NCBI GenBank assembly: GCA_003987795.1
Contig: RXJO01000010.1
Coordinates: 1 to 63,987, forward strand
Length of the DNA stretch: 63,987 nt
Direction of reading: 5' to 3'
Source of the DNA: Curvibacter sp.
GTDB lineage: Bacteria; Pseudomonadota; Gammaproteobacteria; Burkholderiales; Burkholderiaceae_C
The notes beneath the pieces are model-generated. The model saw only the letters and a program-made list of their open reading frames with translations. It was not told the origin of the DNA and made no database searches. A program made the position numbers and the translations under genes. Of the stretch, positions 61,790 through 63,987 are shown in pieces (position 1 is the first letter of the stretch; every line of letters starts with the position of its first letter).

Positions 61790-63987
61790 TGCGCAGGATT
61801 GCTCAGGACATCGGCCAAGGCCAGGCCCATCTGCAAGACGAATACGAGGTGGTGGTGGTGGGCTCTGGCTACGGGGCCGGCGTGGCCGCCTCGCGGCTGG
61901 CGCGAGCGGGCCGTCAGGTGGCCCTGCTGGAGCGCGGGCTGGAGCGCCTGCCCGGCGAGTTTCCCGCCACGCTCACCCAGGCCCGGGGGGCCATGCGCGT
62001 GGACACCCAGGCCCAGACCATCGGCTCGCCCACCGGGCTCTACCAGTTGCACGTGCACAACGACATGCTGGCCATGGTGGGCAACGGCCTCGGTGGCACC
62101 TCGCTGATCAATGCCAATGTGTCGCTCGAGGCCGACCCGCAGCTGCTGCGCCACCCGGCCTGGCCTCAGCCCTTCCGGGACGACCCCCAGGTGCTGACCC
62201 CTTTTGTCGAACGCGCCCGGGCCGTGCTGGAGCCACGCACCTACCCGCTGGACCGGCCCACGCCGGCCAAGCTGGCGGCCCTGCGGCAATCGGCCAAGCA
62301 CCTCGACAAACCGTTTCGCCGGGTGCCGATCAACGTCACCTTCGAAGACCGGGTCAATCCTTTCGGGGTGGAGCAGCCCGCCTGCAACGACTGCGGCGAC
62401 TGCACCAGCGGCTGCAACACCGGGGCCAAGAACACGGTGCAGATGAACTACCTGCCCGATGCCGAACGCCATGGGGCCCACCTGTTCACCGGCGTGAGCG
62501 TGAGCCATGTCAGCCGCGAGGGCAAGCGCTGGCGGGTGCATTACCGTGCCACCGCCCAGCCCGAGAGCCCCTTGTCGAGCGTGCTGGCCGAGGTGGTGGT
62601 GCTGGGGGCCGGCAGCCTCGGCTCAACCGAGATCCTGCTGCGCTCGCGCGAACACGGCCTGCCCCTGTCAGACCGGCTGGGCGCCTCGTTCTCAGGCAAC
62701 GGCGACGTGCTGGGCCTGGCCTATGACGCGGGCTGGTCGCCCCAGGCTGCCGAGGCAGCGCAGGCCCAAGCCCTGGCAGACGGCCAGCCGAGCAGCGACG
62801 AAGACACGCCATCTGAGCCGGCCGTGGCCGATGTGCCCGGCCTCCACGGCTTGGGCCTGGGCCTGCGCAAGCCGGTCGAGGGCGCGCTGCCCGGGCCCTG
62901 CATCACCGGTGTCATCGACCTGCGCCAGGAACCCGACCCCAAGGACCGCCTGGTGATCGAAGAAGGCGTGATCCCCGGCGCACTCGCCCTGGGGCTGGCA
63001 CCCGCGCTGTTCTTTGCCTCGGCCCAGCTCAACACCGCCTTCGAATATGGCGCAGAGGACGGCAAGCGCAAGCTGCTCGATGCCAAGGCCATCGGCGACG
63101 CGATCCAGCAAGACCCCGGCCAACTGGCCGACATGGCCTACCGTGGTGCAGTCGACCGCACGCAGACCTTTCTGGTGATGAGCCTGGACGAGGCCCAGGG
63201 TCAACTGAATCTGCAAAATGACCGGCTGCGCATCGACTGGCCCCATGCCGGCCGCTCGCCCGTCATCGAACACGACAACCAATGGCTGCGACGTGCCAGC
63301 GAGGGCATCCAGGGCCAGTTCATCGCCAACCCGCTCTGGACCGAAGGCATGGGCCAGAAGCTGGTCACCGTGCACCCCCTGGGGGGCTGCGCCATGGGCG
63401 ATGACGCCGAACACGGCGTGGTCAACCACCAGTGCCAGGTCTTTGCGGGGCCTCACGGCGAGGCTGTTCACGAGGGCCTGTACGTGTGCGACGGCGCCGT
63501 GATCCCGGCTGCGGTGGGCGTCAACCCGCTGCTGACCATCACCGCCGTGGCCGAACGGGCCTGCCAGCGCCTGGCCGATCAGCGTGGATGGACCATCGCT
63601 TGGGGCGACACCCCGGCGGCGCCCCCCGCACAGGAAGCCCCCCCTGAGGCCCCGTCCGGCATTTGGGAGCGTCTCAAGAAGGCCGTGCACGAGGAAATCT
63701 CGACGGCAGAACACGCGCTGCAGCAGGCCGGCCACGCCCTGATCCAGGAGGTCATCCAGCCTCTGGAAGACGGCGTGATCGACTGGGCCAAGTCAGAAGG
63801 TGCCACCGCGCTGAAGGCCGTGATCGCTCGCCATCCGAAGCTGCTGAGCCCGGCGTTCTCGTTTTCCGAGCGCATGGCCGGCTGGCTCAGCACCGAGGCC
63901 CTGCACCAGAGCCAGCCGGGTGGACAGCCGCATGATTTCGAGCTAGCCAGCGCCTGGGGACGCCGCCGTGGGCAGGCGCTGAGCCTG
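61786..63987 (+). CDS. GMC oxidoreductase, cholesterol-oxidase-like, multi-domain, 3'-truncated by window edge (absent from ORF track)
   Basis: ATG 61786 overlaps upstream TGA; MMRRIAQ...VVVVGSGYGAGVAASRLA, GNGLGGTSLINANV, CNDCGDCTSGCN, GAGSLGSTEILL, TVHPLGGCAMG, GVNPLLTITAVAER; no stop seen before the window end. Confidence 0.88.
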   Translation, partial: MMRRIAQDIGQGQAHLQDEYEVVVVGSGYGAGVAASRLARAGRQVALLERGLERLPGEFPATLTQARGAMRVDTQAQTIGSPTGLYQLHVHNDMLAMVGNGLGGTSLINANVSLEADPQLLRHPAWPQPFRDDPQVLTPFVERARAVLEPRTYPLDRPTPAKLAALRQSAKHLDKPFRRVPINVTFEDRVNPFGVEQPACNDCGDCTSGCNTGAKNTVQMNYLPDAERHGAHLFTGVSVSHVSREGKRWRVHYRATAQPESPLSSVLAEVVVLGAGSLGSTEILLRSREHGLPLSDRLGASFSGNGDVLGLAYDAGWSPQAAEAAQAQALADGQPSSDEDTPSEPAVADVPGLHGLGLGLRKPVEGALPGPCITGVIDLRQEPDPKDRLVIEEGVIPGALALGLAPALFFASAQLNTAFEYGAEDGKRKLLDAKAIGDAIQQDPGQLADMAYRGAVDRTQTFLVMSLDEAQGQLNLQNDRLRIDWPHAGRSPVIEHDNQWLRRASEGIQGQFIANPLWTEGMGQKLVTVHPLGGCAMGDDAEHGVVNHQCQVFAGPHGEAVHEGLYVCDGAVIPAAVGVNPLLTITAVAERACQRLADQRGWTIAWGDTPAAPPAQEAPPEAPSGIWERLKKAVHEEISTAEHALQQAGHALIQEVIQPLEDGVIDWAKSEGATALKAVIARHPKLLSPAFSFSERMAGWLSTEALHQSQPGGQPHDFELASAWGRRRGQALSL

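Overview
A GC-rich chromosomal window, probably from a Burkholderiales-type betaproteobacterium (inferred from four orphan Bug/TctC solute receptors, a CX14CX2C QueE and strong GC3 bias). I saw no rRNA, tRNA, IS, prophage or CRISPR array. Contents in order: Bug/amidohydrolase/LysR; gallate dioxygenase with an aromatic-acid MFS transporter; an eight-gene, tightly coupled minus-strand operon (15662-7492); Bug, SsuA, queE-queD, amidase-Bug and LysRs; a visibly more AT-rich HDOD/hybrid kinase/GGDEF-EAL signalling block; ALDH7 + IclR + ABC transporter + an HcnABC/opine-oxidase-like catabolic cluster; a type IV minor pilin operon with a lectin-headed PilY1; a GH44 glucanase; TauD; a degenerate IspB-like gene; a membrane EAL protein; and a metallophosphoesterase coupled to a cholesterol-oxidase-like GMC gene that runs off the window end. 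The best candidate for an undescribed system is the eight-gene operon. It encodes homologues of the Campylobacter O-methyl phosphoramidate (MeOPN) donor pathway (Cj1418-, Cj1417-, Cj1416- and Cj1415-like genes plus a methyltransferase). Where a transferase would be expected it has a sulfotransferase-fold protein with an intact 3'-phosphate motif but an altered 5'-phosphosulfate loop, followed by Wzm/Wzt with a C-terminal extension. This suggests a phosphoramidate glycan-capping and export system. All family assignments come from motif recognition by eye, not database searches.
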